A DNA stretch of 63,011 nt, filler included, from Asterionella formosa (lineage: Eukaryota): assembly GCA_002256025.1 (NCBI GenBank). It is 10 parts of 10 records of this genome, joined end to end, with 100 filler letters (N's around TTAATTAATTAA, not from the genome) between each part and the next. Parts side by side here need not be neighbours in the genome. Positions count along the whole stretch, not along the records: positions 1 to 6,220 come from NKIB01012781.1; positions 6,321 to 12,540 come from NKIB01012782.1; 8 more parts are not named here. One strand, 5' to 3'. The position numbers and the translations under genes were made by a program. Within the stretch, counting starts at the first letter, position 1, and each line of letters opens with the position of its first letter. The notes below the pieces were generated by a model, which was not told the DNA's origin, did not search any database, and saw only the letters and a list, made by a program, of their open reading frames with translations. Shown here one piece after another: positions 1 through 11,134 of the stretch.

Positions 1-138
1 TAAGAGCCACATGGGCTCCTTGCCTGATTCCAATGTCCTACATCTACAATCCTGGCCTTCTTGGCCATAGTGCAACCCAACAAACTCCACTATATTCGAG
101 GCTCTATAACGCGTAATTAAATATTTTCTTAGCAATTA
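1..138 (+). mobile_element. 3' end of a dispersed non-LTR retrotransposon-like family (GAGCC/GGCTC stem-loop family), cut by window start
   Basis: Aligns by eye with about 10218-10360, 48825-48960 and (reverse, more diverged) about 34620-34830. Confidence 0.6.
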
Positions 139-352
139 TTATAGACAGTTGATGGATTCATGTTTAGGGTACCCGATGTAGCCCACAAAGGCACTAGAAT
201 GTAAAAGATTATGCTTTTTCTCTATTTAAAACACTACAATGTAGTCATTCTGAAAGGCTGGAGAGCAAATATTGCATAATTTTATCACAGCCTTGACCAT
301 CATGACAAAGATAACAAACAACTAATTGAATAATCAGAACGACGCTTTGCTA

Positions 353-567
353 AATTATTAAGTAAATTTTATAGCACGCTATTTTTAAAGAACTCGACAA
401 TTGTGGAGGTTGCGAAGTTGCAGTTGGCCCCCCAGAGGGCCTAAGACCTGTTTTTTTGTCTGCCTCACCACCCGTAACCCAAGGGACTATGTAAACAAAG
501 CAGGAGGAGAATGCAGGAATCGAACCCACCACTTTTGAAGGTGAGCTAACCAACTAAGCTATTCCCC
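353..567 (-). mobile_element. tRNA-derived SINE, full length (tail type A)
   Basis: Minus strand starts GGGGAATAGCTTAGTTGG (A box 550-561) and has GGTTCGATTCC (B box 516-526) followed by ATTCTCC. Flanked by a perfect 19 bp direct repeat TCAGAACGACGCTTTGCTA at 334-352 and 568-586. Confidence 0.85.
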
Positions 568-2276
568 TCAGAACGACGCTTTGCTATTTAGTACATACAA
601 TTATGAAATAATGCTACACATAGCGATCCGCTGTTATTACCAGCACATTGTAGACATACAGGTAGATCAATGCTGGTTATTAGCTTTCCTTCTATAGTGA
701 CACATGCAGCCATGTACATATGAATTAAGGACTGTGCATGGTTGTCAACAAAGTTTCAGGAAAATATTGCTTAAAGTTGAGTCCATCATTTGCTTAAACC
801 TAAATAGTCTTTCAGTACTGTAACCCAAAATAAACAATTTGGAAAGCAAATGGCTGTTGATCCAGACTACAATAGTAGTAAGACACCAAAGACGCTAGTT
901 GTTCTTTGACAGGAAAGGGAGGTTGGGATTGGAGGACAAAAGCCAGCAAGGCTCTTTACAAGGGTTGAAAGGAGTAGACTGAAATTTATTTTCTGCTGGT
1001 GCAAAATTCTGTGGGAGACAGAGGCAACAATGCTAGTTTGTGCTTGCTATAATCCTGCAAACTCATCCAGCGATGGACTGAATTTATGAGCCATATGGCC
1101 AAGACAAAACAGTGGCATACATACTCATGCATCTGAGACACTCGATTGTTTCACTGCTGTGTGTTTAGATATTTTCATTGAAATTAAAAAATTTGCAATC
1201 TCTTTGGTATTCACATTGCTTGTTTACTTCCTCAATTGTTATTAACTATTTTATCTTCTAGTAATTTTGCTTTTCATGTTTTCATGCATATTACTTGAAA
1301 ATTGGGGAAGTACAACAAGCGATTTCATTCCATGACAAGACTATTAGAGGTGATGGTATGGTATTATCCACTCTATACTAGGCAGTATATATAGCGAGCT
1401 TTGTCCAACAAGGTGCTAGTGAACTACCAATGGGTACCAGGTACTCCGTTGACTACCAGTGCACAACATAGCTACGACGTTATGAGTATATGTACCGGTA
1501 CCCAGCAGTCTACCCGGTATACAAGTATATGCACATCGCGAGCTTTGTCCAAGGTGCTATACGTAGTATATAGGAAGCAAAGTACCAGTGCAGTACAAAA
1601 GTACGACAAAATGTATGGCCAGAAAAGGTTGCACTGAGAGTTAGTTATTTTTTACTCGTAGTAACTAATACAAGTACCAGGTAGATTATCTACTCCAATA
1701 CTTCAATAATCTCTATGCTTCAATAATCTCTATGGGTGCATTTATTGCCCAAACTTATGCCATCATTAGCTACTCTTGGTACTTTCACCAACAGTACAGG
1801 TTGCCTGGCGAAAAAATCATCATCTTTGAACTCCAAGGCCCAATAAAGGTGAGACAGCAGTGGCATTAATGGAGCAGAAGAAGCTCCTTCATGCAGGAGT
1901 ATGGCTAAGAGCATTGCCAACTAGCATCTGTGAGTGTTTCCATTCCTAAGAATAGAAAGACAGGTGCACTATATGAGTGGGCCACTGAAATGTATGCTGA
2001 TTCATTGGTTGTAAATACTTTTGATGATTGTTCACATTTTTGAGATGCTTTTGGGTAATGGGAATTCTTTGAATCAGACAGCTGCCTAGTGAAAGATTCG
2101 TTCAAATCCAGTTTCTGGAGACTCCCAATGGCTTGGACGATTTCATTTGATTTCTGTTCTTTTCTGTTGCTTCTTCCACTGTTTCTTTCATCTTGAGGTC
2201 ATTGCTTTCAAGTCGCAAGATGCAAAAGCTAGATGGGAATGGTACAATTGAGATGCAGTGATATGGTAGATTTTGC

Positions 2277-2512
2277 GGGGAATGGCTTAGTGGTTAGCAC
2301 ACCCACTGTGGTGGTGGCTTCGATTCCTGCATTCTCCACCTGCCTTTTTCATGTAGTCCCTAGGGTTCCGGGGGGTGCGGCTGACAAAAAGACAGCAGGT
2401 CCTGTTGTACCTTATGGACGAATAAAACCGGTACAAATTGTGTCCATCTATTTGGTGGGCCCGAGTGCAATTATTGGATAGCATTAATGTACGATAAAAT
2501 TTCATTGACATT
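2277..2512 (+). mobile_element. tRNA-derived SINE, older copy (tail type B)
   Basis: Same tRNA-like head and core as 353-567. Degenerate 18 bp duplication TGATATGGTAGATTTTGC (2259-2276) / TGATATAGTAGACTGTGC (2513-2530). Confidence 0.75.
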
Positions 2513-3232
2513 TGATATAGTAGACTGTGCTATTTTTAGCTTTCATGTTGGAATGGTTGAGTTTGCAATGCTATTGTCAGTTTGTTCTACTTGCTTGTTA
2601 GATTCAGCTTTTTTTGCATAGTGACAGAGGATTCCGGCCAGTTCACCCTCACTCCGGTCACTCTCCATTTATTTTGTTCACTCTCTGATATGTATCCAAT
2701 AAATGTTTTGATTCTTTCCTAATCTATATTCCTTTTTATTGTTTGCTTTGTTTTTTTGTTTTCGGGTTGACTCAGTGATTGGATTTGAGACAATCAGGAT
2801 GCAATGACCTTTCCATTGCTTAAATCATCAGAGTCAAGCTTTAAAGTTTTAGATTCTTGTTGTTCTGATCTATCCTCTCCTTCATTTTTGGTCCTTTCTA
2901 TTGTATTCTTCATTTTTCATTGTTTGTTCTGTTACTATCTGTTTTATAATAGTTGATTGCATAAATTGGCTGTGTTCAAGCTGATTTCGTTCGTGGTTGC
3001 AAGAGACTTGTTTTGCTTCCATCGCTGCTTTTGTAGAAACCAGAACTGTTGAGTGTCATTGTTTATAGGTTCTCCGCTAGCTAGTTTCTGATATTTGATG
3101 GTGGGTGCACATCAGCTGCACAGTAAGAAATTCATGTCGCAATGTTCAGTATACCTGGTACCACAACATCAGAGCGAGGATAAAGAAGAAATGAAGGAAA
3201 TACTAGAGTTAATCACGAATGCTAGCAGTGTA

Positions 3233-3330
3233 TCATTATATCTTAACGTCATTTTTTGGCGTATTTAATGCTATACCATTGGGATGATATAATTGTTTGC
3301 ATAGCGCCCCCTGGCGGCATTTTCATCTAG
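3233..3330 (+). mobile_element. Possible small non-autonomous Helitron
   Basis: GC hairpin GCGCC-CCCT-GGCGGC (3304-3318), then 8 nt, CTAG (3327-3330) and T. Candidate A|TC 5' end at 3232/3233. Single copy in the window. Confidence 0.35.
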
Positions 3331-3542
3331 TAACTGCCCAACGTATGTGGTGACGCTTGTGGGGGGGGGAAGTAGTTATTGGATACCCAGTCTGAATGGA
3401 ATGTTGGATTGAAAATTTTGTTGATTGCTTTGGTATTGTCTCAACCAGGGAACTTTCTCCATTTGCACTTATTTGCACAAAGAAGAAACTTGGGCAGTCG
3501 AATGGTCAATATTTTATCTGCAGATACTGCTTTGTTTCCTTG

Positions 3543-6220
3543 AGCAATGCCCGCTCCAGCTATCGTCTTGCCATTCGGGTACTTCTAAGTAATTTTTAGG
3601 CTCTAAGTAATTTCTTAAGTAATTTTTATTTAAGGGCAATATGGGGCATATCGAATTTTTTCGGAAATAAAATTGCCGATTTTAGCATGACAACCAGAAT
3701 AACGGTAAATGTTGGTTTTTTCAATTGGTCAAAGAACATCATGGAGAAGAGAAAATTTCGGACCCTTGAAAAAATCACGCAAAAATGATTGTGACATGCG
3801 GATGTCAAAAATTGCGCATCATGTGTTTTTGGCAACCAAAGTATGATTCATCAACAACAAGAGAAGCAACGAGATGATTATTCAAGTAGGGAGAGAGCAA
3901 AAAAGAGAGAAGGAAAGGAATGTAGATTGGGTGAGAAGATCGTCAACAAAAAATATGTTTAACTTCAATGTCACAAAAAACTTACACTCAGTTTTTCCGT
4001 CATGTCATCACAGGCAGAAAATGAATTTTTCAATACGAAGGAGGAGCTGGGGTAATTGTATATGCCGCTGGAAGTTGGTGATGTTGTGGTGGATGGGTGG
4101 ATGCTGGTGATGGAGTTGGCTGGTGGTGGTAGTAGACTGGTGCTGGTTGACTGGTTGACTGCTGGCCGGAGGCGGCATATGATAGTATCCATGAGGAGGA
4201 GGAAGAGGAGGAGGAGCATGGGAGTAGTACATTTGTTGTGGTGGTGGTGGTGCCGGTGGAGGATGAAAATATGGCTGCTGATAGGAATAAACAACATTGT
4301 TTGGTGGGGGAGGAGGGCCGGGATGGTAGATTGCCTGTTGTGCTGAAGGCGGCGGACCAGAACTGTATATGCTGTGTTGAGGAGTTTGAAGCAGATGGTG
4401 GGAGTAGTAGTGTATGGGAGCTCCTGGAGGATGAGCATGAGGATTTGGGTTGGTAGAGGAGGGCAACAAAACAACTTGACAATCAACAATAGGATCGTCA
4501 ATGGGAATGGAAATTGCAGCCGATTTCTTGACATCAGGAGGAACAACTGCAAGGTCGGAAGAATATTTCTTGGGAGTATTATGCTGGTCCTCATTGTCTT
4601 CAAATTTTTCGAAAACTGCTAGCCTTGCTTGATGCTGCATTTCCTTTGATGGTAGCTGGTATCTGGCATTGATTTCAGCTGATCCATGCCTGGATTTGTC
4701 GAGAATTATTTTTGTAGGTAAGGAAACACTAGAGTTGACAAGGGAAGAGATCATACTCTTCCTCCTCCCATAGGCAGTGCAACGAGCAGCATTATCCATG
4801 CCTGCAGCTGTTGCTAGGTCGACACATAGTCTTGTAGCATAGCCTTTACCAAAACAGTCACCCTTCTTGTGTCCTGCCTCATATGTTAGCCCTAGCTTGC
4901 ATCGGTTCTTAGTGATAGATATACAAGGAGCCATGTAGAAAAAGATGCACATGAGTTAGTCCATAGTTTGCACAACAAATCACCAGTACAAATTTGGCAC
5001 CAGGTACAATGAATCACCGGTGTGTGCAAGGGATTACACACATAATTTACATACCTTGAGTTCCTTCTCAGGAGCGCGTCGCCGAAAAAACGGTTGGTTG
5101 CTAGTTACCATCTCGGGCGAGCAGAGGTTATCCCGGTAGTGATGTATTAGTTTCACCATGCATGTAGGGTTGCCTGTATCCTCGATCATAGTTCGTTCTT
5201 GTAGACCTTGGTACTTCCGCTCAGTATTTTGCAACGTCAGGGCATTATTTTTTTCGACTTCACTTGGATGTAGCACGACAGTTTGAAATCCGTCCATCAA
5301 ACCAACTGTCACCTTATGAATGTCAAGTCGCACATTTCTATCGACCCTCTGATACCAAACGCTTTGCCCATTTTCCATACCATGGACTTGAGGCAATCAT
5401 CATAATTAAGGTAAGGCTGCATTTGGAGTGTTCATAGCTTCCTGTCCTTGTCTTGATTGAACTGTGACGCCATGGGCTTGTGGCCATATTCCAATGGCCG
5501 GTGCTTGGCAGCAATTGCCATATATTTTTTAAAGAATGCTTGAATCTCACCCTCACCATTGAAATCCTTCGACAGGGAATATGGTATGCCTTGGTGGGAG
5601 AAGCATCGGAAGAGGTCTTTCAGCTTGGTTTGGGTGGTGTTCGGTTGGTACATTGCCGTTGCAATGGCTTCGTCAGAAGCACTTTCGAGAATGAGGGGCG
5701 ATTTTTTCTTGAAGAATTTGGTTGCAAACCAAAGTACAGCAGTGTTGATGATGTCTTTGGTGGCGTAGAGTCTTAGCCCACGACAGATTAGATAGAATCG
5801 ACGGATTGGTTGGTTGCCATTGTCAGGATCATTGTCGAAAGAAGCAAGCGAGCTCAAGGTTTCAGTCTCGACAAGGGATTCAAAAAACCTTGATTCAATG
5901 ATGGTAAGTGACTTGGTGTATTTGATTGTGTTATGCGACAGGTTTCTAATAGAATTTGTTTGTTTTGTTGATCCGAAAACATTATTGCTGGATCGAATTG
6001 CATTGGCATAGTCTTCAGCAGTTGAGTGAGACATTGGAATCCGGGAATCAGTACGATGAGCATGACGAGCAATGATGGAAGCAGGTAATAAGTACCTTGA
6101 ATCGGAATCAGATGTGCTAGTAGTACTGTTGCAATCATCTCAGATTCACGACAATCAACAGAGCTGGGTCTATCAATGTCAGAATTGGGTGTTTCTACAA
6201 CATTGGATGAGTTCACAACT
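3543..6220 (-). mobile_element. Crypton-like tyrosine-recombinase transposon (coding copy; other end lost at contig gap)
   Basis: Carries a YR pseudogene. Its terminus AGCAATGCCCGCTCCAGC...(TAAGTAATTT)x3...GCAACCAAAGTATG (3543 to about 3845) is shared with the elements at 52005 and 59456. Confidence 0.75.
4008..6216 (-). pseudogene. Tyrosine recombinase (Crypton/DUF3504-like), disrupted, with one intron and a Pro/His/Gln-rich C-terminus
   Basis: Stitched frames give FGIRGSIEMCDL (box I Arg, codon 5348-5350), EKNN, NPTCMVKLIHHY, CTAYGRRKSMIS (HxxR with H>Y), SRH and ARYQ (Tyr codon 4659-4661). In-frame phase-0 GT..AG intron 5054-4908 with ACTAAC branch site. TGA at 5432-5434 and at least two frameshifts. 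Confidence 0.75.
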
Positions 6221-6320
6221 NNNNNNNNNNNNNNNNNNNNNNNNNNNNNNNNNNNNNNNNNNNNTTAATTAATTAANNNNNNNNNNNNNNNNNNNNNNNN
6301 NNNNNNNNNNNNNNNNNNNN
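6221..6320. other. Artificial contig spacer N44-TTAATTAATTAA-N44 (also at 12541, 18860, 25178, 31496, 37808, 44112, 50412, 56713)
   Basis: Nine identical 100-nt linkers with stop codons in all frames; contig lengths fall from about 6220 to about 6199 bp. Confidence 0.97.
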
Positions 6321-6555
6321 CCTGGTACCAGGGTACCGGTGGTCGACTTGGGAGGCCAGGTTTTGACCGAACGAGTGGCGCCCACAAGAATACCGGTACT
6401 CACAGGCAGTCTCCACCCTCGGTCGTGTCTTTAACAGTGTCTTACCTTCAGTACATGTGTTCCTCCAGAAAACTCTTTCTTGCAGTACTGGTACTATCGT
6501 TGCAAAGACTATATATCGAGAGAAGATTTGCATTCCCTCGTCTTGACTTTTGATT

Positions 6556-7440
6556 ATGGTCTCATCCAATGCCCTCGCTGCAGCGCTGATATCAACTGGT
6601 CTGATTTCACTGGCTCCCAATTTGTTACTCTTTGCATTTCCTGGCGTTTCTGATGCAGCAGACTCACCAGTACTTTCCTTGGGACAAGCGCTTGCTGCTG
6701 GATCTCTCTTGGGAGATGTTTTCCTACATACACTTGGCGAGTCAACCGATGAAGATGCCGGTGTCTGGGTTCTCGTGGGCTTTACTATCTTCCTGATCAT
6801 GGACATGATGATTCGATCGTTGCAAGGGCACGAAGATCATCAACATGGCACCACGGAAAATGTCAAATCATCCAGCAAAGCTGCACTGTTCACGCCCACC
6901 GTTTTGCTCAATTTGACGGCGGATGCTCTGCACAACTTTACCGACGGCCTTGCGATTGGAGCGTCCTTCGCTTCCTCATCTGCTAGTGGTTCAATTCAGT
7001 CCATGCTGATCTCACGAGGAGGCGTTGCTACTGTGTCCATCTTTTTTCACGAAATTCCTCATGAACTCGGCGACTATTGCATATTACTTAAAGGCGGATT
7101 TTCTAAGAATCAGGCCATAGTGGCTCAATTCGGCACTGCCGTGGCAGCCATGATTGGGACAGTTGTTGGGGTGTACGCTGTGGAGAGCTGGGGTGGAATT
7201 GTGTACGTTACTGCCGGTGGGTTCGTCTATCTAGCAGCAGTCAATTTACTACCAGAGGTCTTGGAGCATGCTTCCTCCAGGATGAGAGTTGCGCAATTAA
7301 TGGCATTTTTGATTGGCATCGCCTTCTTATATGCCGTTCACTTCCTGGAGGAACATGATGGTGACGATCACCATCACAAGCATATTTCCCCGACGCACAT
7401 TAGTCATGATCATCAGCATGATTCACACGGTGAACTATAG
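6556..7440 (+). CDS. ZIP family zinc/metal transporter (ZIP7/KE4-like)
   Basis: Motifs AAGSLLGDVFLH, ADALHNFTDGLAIGASF, HEIPHELGD, TAGGFVYLA; multiple hydrophobic helices; His-rich loop and tail. First ATG at 6556. Confidence 0.93.
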   Translation: MVSSNALAAALISTGLISLAPNLLLFAFPGVSDAADSPVLSLGQALAAGSLLGDVFLHTLGESTDEDAGVWVLVGFTIFLIMDMMIRSLQGHEDHQHGTTENVKSSSKAALFTPTVLLNLTADALHNFTDGLAIGASFASSSASGSIQSMLISRGGVATVSIFFHEIPHELGDYCILLKGGFSKNQAIVAQFGTAVAAMIGTVVGVYAVESWGGIVYVTAGGFVYLAAVNLLPEVLEHASSRMRVAQLMAFLIGIAFLYAVHFLEEHDGDDHHHKHISPTHISHDHQHDSHGEL

Positions 7441-7564
7441 CGCCCTACCGATATGGGACGCTTTTCTATTCTCGCATTGGCACTTATGCCCATGTATCGA
7501 GCTCAAATTTCTAGTGCTTGCAACTGAAGAAAATAGGAATAGTCGACGTCTTAAGATAGTTTTA

Positions 7565-9562
7565 CTATTCGTCATCATTCATCCCATTTTCTAACTCTGC
7601 GATGAGATCCCCATCATCCTCTTCCTCGCTATCCTGGCCTTGCAAAAGGATTTGCGTCCCAACTCCATTCTGTTTGAGGCCTTTGGCGGGACGATATGAT
7701 AAAGGTGGCGCCCCCAACAAATGAGCTGTTTCCTCTCGACGTGTCAAACTCCATAACGATTCCATCAACCACGACGCCTTTACCACAAAACATCCAGGTA
7801 TAAGTCGAGCTTGCATAATCTTCTCAGTCCCATCCCGAGCAGCCACAACGTGAGTAAGCGCTGGAACAACGGTATGATAAAGTTGGGCGCCCAACTGCTC
7901 CACATAGCGAACATAAGCCGGCCGTGGATTGTTCCTATCCAGGGTTTGTTTATGGATAGGAACCAAGCCACTTAAAATAAGTTTTGATCCCATCAGAACT
8001 TCACGTCGCATAATTCGCAAATGTTGAGGACATGTTTTGACAATGCCGGTAGAATTGTAGTATCGGTCATGCAGGCGATCCAGGATATTTCTAGTCCATA
8101 GCAGTTGGACATCGGTTTCATCCCCGGGATTTCCACCATCCTTATTTGAGTCATCCAGATTTGTCGCACTCAAATCGGCACCTGAAGTATTGTTCACGTC
8201 TGCGAATCCGAGAAAGGGTTTCCAGTGATAGGGTCGAACAAGTAGGAGGTTGTCAGGAGGTTCCTGGTTTACTTCCGCCTTGGCCCATACATCTTCTCGA
8301 TCATCGACAATGACAGCCATGTTACCTCCGCATGGAAAGATTCTTTTGACAGACTTAATATCTCGTCCAAGGTCGACCACATCGGTCCTAGACACGATGC
8401 GACTTCCAAAGAGTTGTTGTCTCAGCTCCAAAGCTTTTTCCTCCTTCTCTTCTGCTTTTTTTAGTTCTGCCTTAAATGCTTCTAATTTTTGAGTTGTTAT
8501 TTCTTCCGTTTTCACTTTCGCCGGTGGCTCTCCAAACCGTACATGCTTCTTGGTAGAGCCAATTCCATCGTTCTCCAGATATTTACAGATCTCTGTTTTC
8601 GATCCCGTGCTGTTCTCTTGTTGTTGTTTCAAATCTTGCTCTCCCTTCTTGACCTGGTGTTGTAGCTTGAGAATATCTTGATGATCATTGGTGGCTCCCA
8701 CGCAGTACCTGCTCAAAACCATTGTAATTTGCTCCGCATACAACCTTGTACCAGCTGTATAAACAGATATTTCATAGTTAGGATTTAGCAGAAACTCCTT
8801 GACATAAGGTCTCAACTTGACGCAATGAAATGCCCAGCTCTGTGGTGCACCATCTTCGTTTGTTGGGAGAATCAGGGACCGAACGTCATCTCGATTGAGG
8901 AATTGTTGAGCCCGTGGATCCCCTGTGGCGTGGACGAGTGTGTGATCCAGATCAAGCACGAGGTGAAGCTTTTTCTTCTCTGCTAATCGCTTTGACGTTT
9001 GCGCCGACAGAGACTTTGCTTCATTGGCAGAGACAGTCATAGTGAGACCTCCAGAAACTGTCACTTGAGTCATGGTTGATGGCGGTGCTGTTTTCGGCGG
9101 CGCTAGGTACGCCGCATTGGCAGATAACTCTTTTGGTTTGACCGCCACTCCACAAATTGCGCATAAACCTTCTAAAACAGCCGGATGTTGACATGGTTCA
9201 ATAGTGCCAACGATTCCTGTTGAGCCCGAGAGAATTCTCAAGATGCCAGCGTTGGGAGCAATGATTGGGAGTGATGGCGCTCCGTTCCTTGACACATCCG
9301 CTGAGTCTTGCTCTGTCTCCATGTTTTCTTCGTCTATTTTGCGCTTTCTGTTTCTCATCTTGGGTCGTCGATGTTGGACGGGAAAAGACTTTGTTGGCTC
9401 CTCCGAATGATCGCCATTTTTCATTTTTGCCGTGGCCACAATCTCGCCTTTGTGAACATGCGAGCCATCCCTGACATTCCATTCGTGAATTATGTAATCA
9501 TTCGAGGGTAGTAGAACATTGAATGTGGCTGCATTTGATGTTGTCATCGTTTGCACTGCCAT
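7565..9562 (-). CDS. FCP1: RNA polymerase II CTD phosphatase FCP1/CPL-type
   Basis: N-terminal lipoyl-like segment, CQHP...LCAICG, HAD motif LVLDLDHTLVH, VKLRP, VYTAGTRLYA, VIVDDREDVW and a C-terminal BRCT-like region (THVVAARDGTEK...WL). Confidence 0.93.
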   Translation of the reverse strand: MAVQTMTTSNAATFNVLLPSNDYIIHEWNVRDGSHVHKGEIVATAKMKNGDHSEEPTKSFPVQHRRPKMRNRKRKIDEENMETEQDSADVSRNGAPSLPIIAPNAGILRILSGSTGIVGTIEPCQHPAVLEGLCAICGVAVKPKELSANAAYLAPPKTAPPSTMTQVTVSGGLTMTVSANEAKSLSAQTSKRLAEKKKLHLVLDLDHTLVHATGDPRAQQFLNRDDVRSLILPTNEDGAPQSWAFHCVKLRPYVKEFLLNPNYEISVYTAGTRLYAEQITMVLSRYCVGATNDHQDILKLQHQVKKGEQDLKQQQENSTGSKTEICKYLENDGIGSTKKHVRFGEPPAKVKTEEITTQKLEAFKAELKKAEEKEEKALELRQQLFGSRIVSRTDVVDLGRDIKSVKRIFPCGGNMAVIVDDREDVWAKAEVNQEPPDNLLLVRPYHWKPFLGFADVNNTSGADLSATNLDDSNKDGGNPGDETDVQLLWTRNILDRLHDRYYNSTGIVKTCPQHLRIMRREVLMGSKLILSGLVPIHKQTLDRNNPRPAYVRYVEQLGAQLYHTVVPALTHVVAARDGTEKIMQARLIPGCFVVKASWLMESLWSLTRREETAHLLGAPPLSYRPAKGLKQNGVGTQILLQGQDSEEEDDGDLIAELENGMNDDE

Positions 9563-9989
9563 TTAGGTGGCTGTGCTCAATCGATATGTACTAGCTCATG
9601 AAAGGAACCAAATGTTTGAGGGCACCACAATTTATTTTGATATATTGTCAGAGTATCATTTCGAAAACAAAACTTTACCGTGTATACATACATATGATTC
9701 CGGAACTACCGGTAAGTGACTTCCACAGCAGCGACATGTACCTACGAAATGATGGTCGTCAGGATTTGCAATGTTTTCGTTGCTGGTACGAGTACCTGGT
9801 ATGTACCAGGAAGGTCCGGTAAAACACGTTGTTTACTTACGAAAAGGTTAAGTTAAATATCTCGATGACCGGCCCTTCCAGGAGGGTACCTGGAACCAGG
9901 TAAAAGGTACTCCTACCTGGCACCAGTACTGTACGTCGTTCGTATCTGTGTGAGTTGCTTAAACGATGGTTCTTACTTTATCTCTCTGT

Positions 9990-10360
9990 CTTCCAATACC
10001 AAGCATCAAATATCTATTCCAGTTTTTCTCCAGCCCTGCTTCAAAGCTGTTTTGTTAACTTATGTTGTCAGTTCTATCACATACTGCTTTACGTTCTTTC
10101 TCCCTCACCCATTGAAACACGTTCACTCACTTTATCCAGCATATCATAGGAGCTACATGGGCTCCTTGCCTGGCCCACACCTATTACAGCTACACAGAAC
10201 AATTCTCCTCCATACTGTAAGAGCTACATGGGCTCCTTACCCAACTCCAATGTCCTACATCTACAATCCTGGTCCTTGGAGCCATGGTATGACCCAATGA
10301 ACTCCACTATAGTAGTCAAGGCTCTATAGTATCATTTAGGTCAAATTTCCTTAGCAATTA
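9990..10360 (+). mobile_element. 5'-truncated copy of the GAGCC/GGCTC stem-loop retroelement family
   Basis: Two GAGCTACATGGGCTCCTT units and the same 3' end as 1-138 and 48960. The 5' limit is approximate. Confidence 0.55.
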
Positions 10361-10369
10361 TATGGAAAA

Positions 10370-10502
10370 AATTTAAGTAAATTTTAAAGGAAGCTATAGT
10401 TAAAGAACTCGACCATTATGGAGCTTGTGAAGTCGCACTTGTCCCCCCAGAGGGCCTTAGACCTGCTTGTTGTCTGCCTTGCCACCCGGAACCCAAGGGA
10501 CT
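10370..10502 (-). mobile_element. 5'-truncated SINE copy (tail type A)
   Basis: Matches about 355-488 (core and tail) but lacks the tRNA head. Confidence 0.7.
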
Positions 10503-11134
10503 CCCAAATAATCACATGCTGTGAAGTGGCTGTAGACTTTGCTTTCCCTTGTTTGATCATGCATATCACAATAACCTTCAGCCAAGCAATGACAATCTTG
10601 GGTTATGGTACTAAACCCGCCATGTCTGGAAATTAATTTAGATCAATTCTTGAATGATATTTTGTGAATGTTGTCACTGGGCAGACATTTTTTCCAGCCA
10701 TACAACGGACCATAGCAGACTTGATATTGGAAGCTTGTACATTTCAGCTCCAGGGAGATTTGTGCAATTCTTCTTCTTTTTATTTTTTGGGAGTTTTGTT
10801 GCCGGCTTATTGCCCAATAATTTTGCATGTTTTCCCCTCGGAGAATCAGTTTTTGTAATGGTATGGTTTGGAATCATTACAATGTAATATATGAAATACT
10901 GGTAGTCTAGAAAACCCCAGGTGGGATGCAATTCTTTCACTGGTGTTAGACATACCAGCCCAATACAATTCATTCCAGTATGCACTCATTGGCCAAGGAT
11001 CAGCTTTATTTCCTGTTAAGACACTGGCTCTAGAGAACAAGATAAATACGCTATAACCTAAATTACTGCACTCTTGTTTCGAAAAATCCACTCTGAAACT
11101 TACTTGACTAATATACCAATGGTCATTTGCAAGC

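Noticed and set aside
505..567. Functional tRNA gene
   Set aside because: Anticodon arm is missing or reduced, and the sequence is fused to a repeated core inside a TSD; it is a SINE head.
1701..1734. 17 bp tandem duplication CTTCAATAATCTCTATG as a transposon footprint
   Set aside because: No associated element; simple slippage explains it.
6265..6276. TTAATTAATTAA as a biological site or TTAA target
   Set aside because: Part of the artificial spacer.
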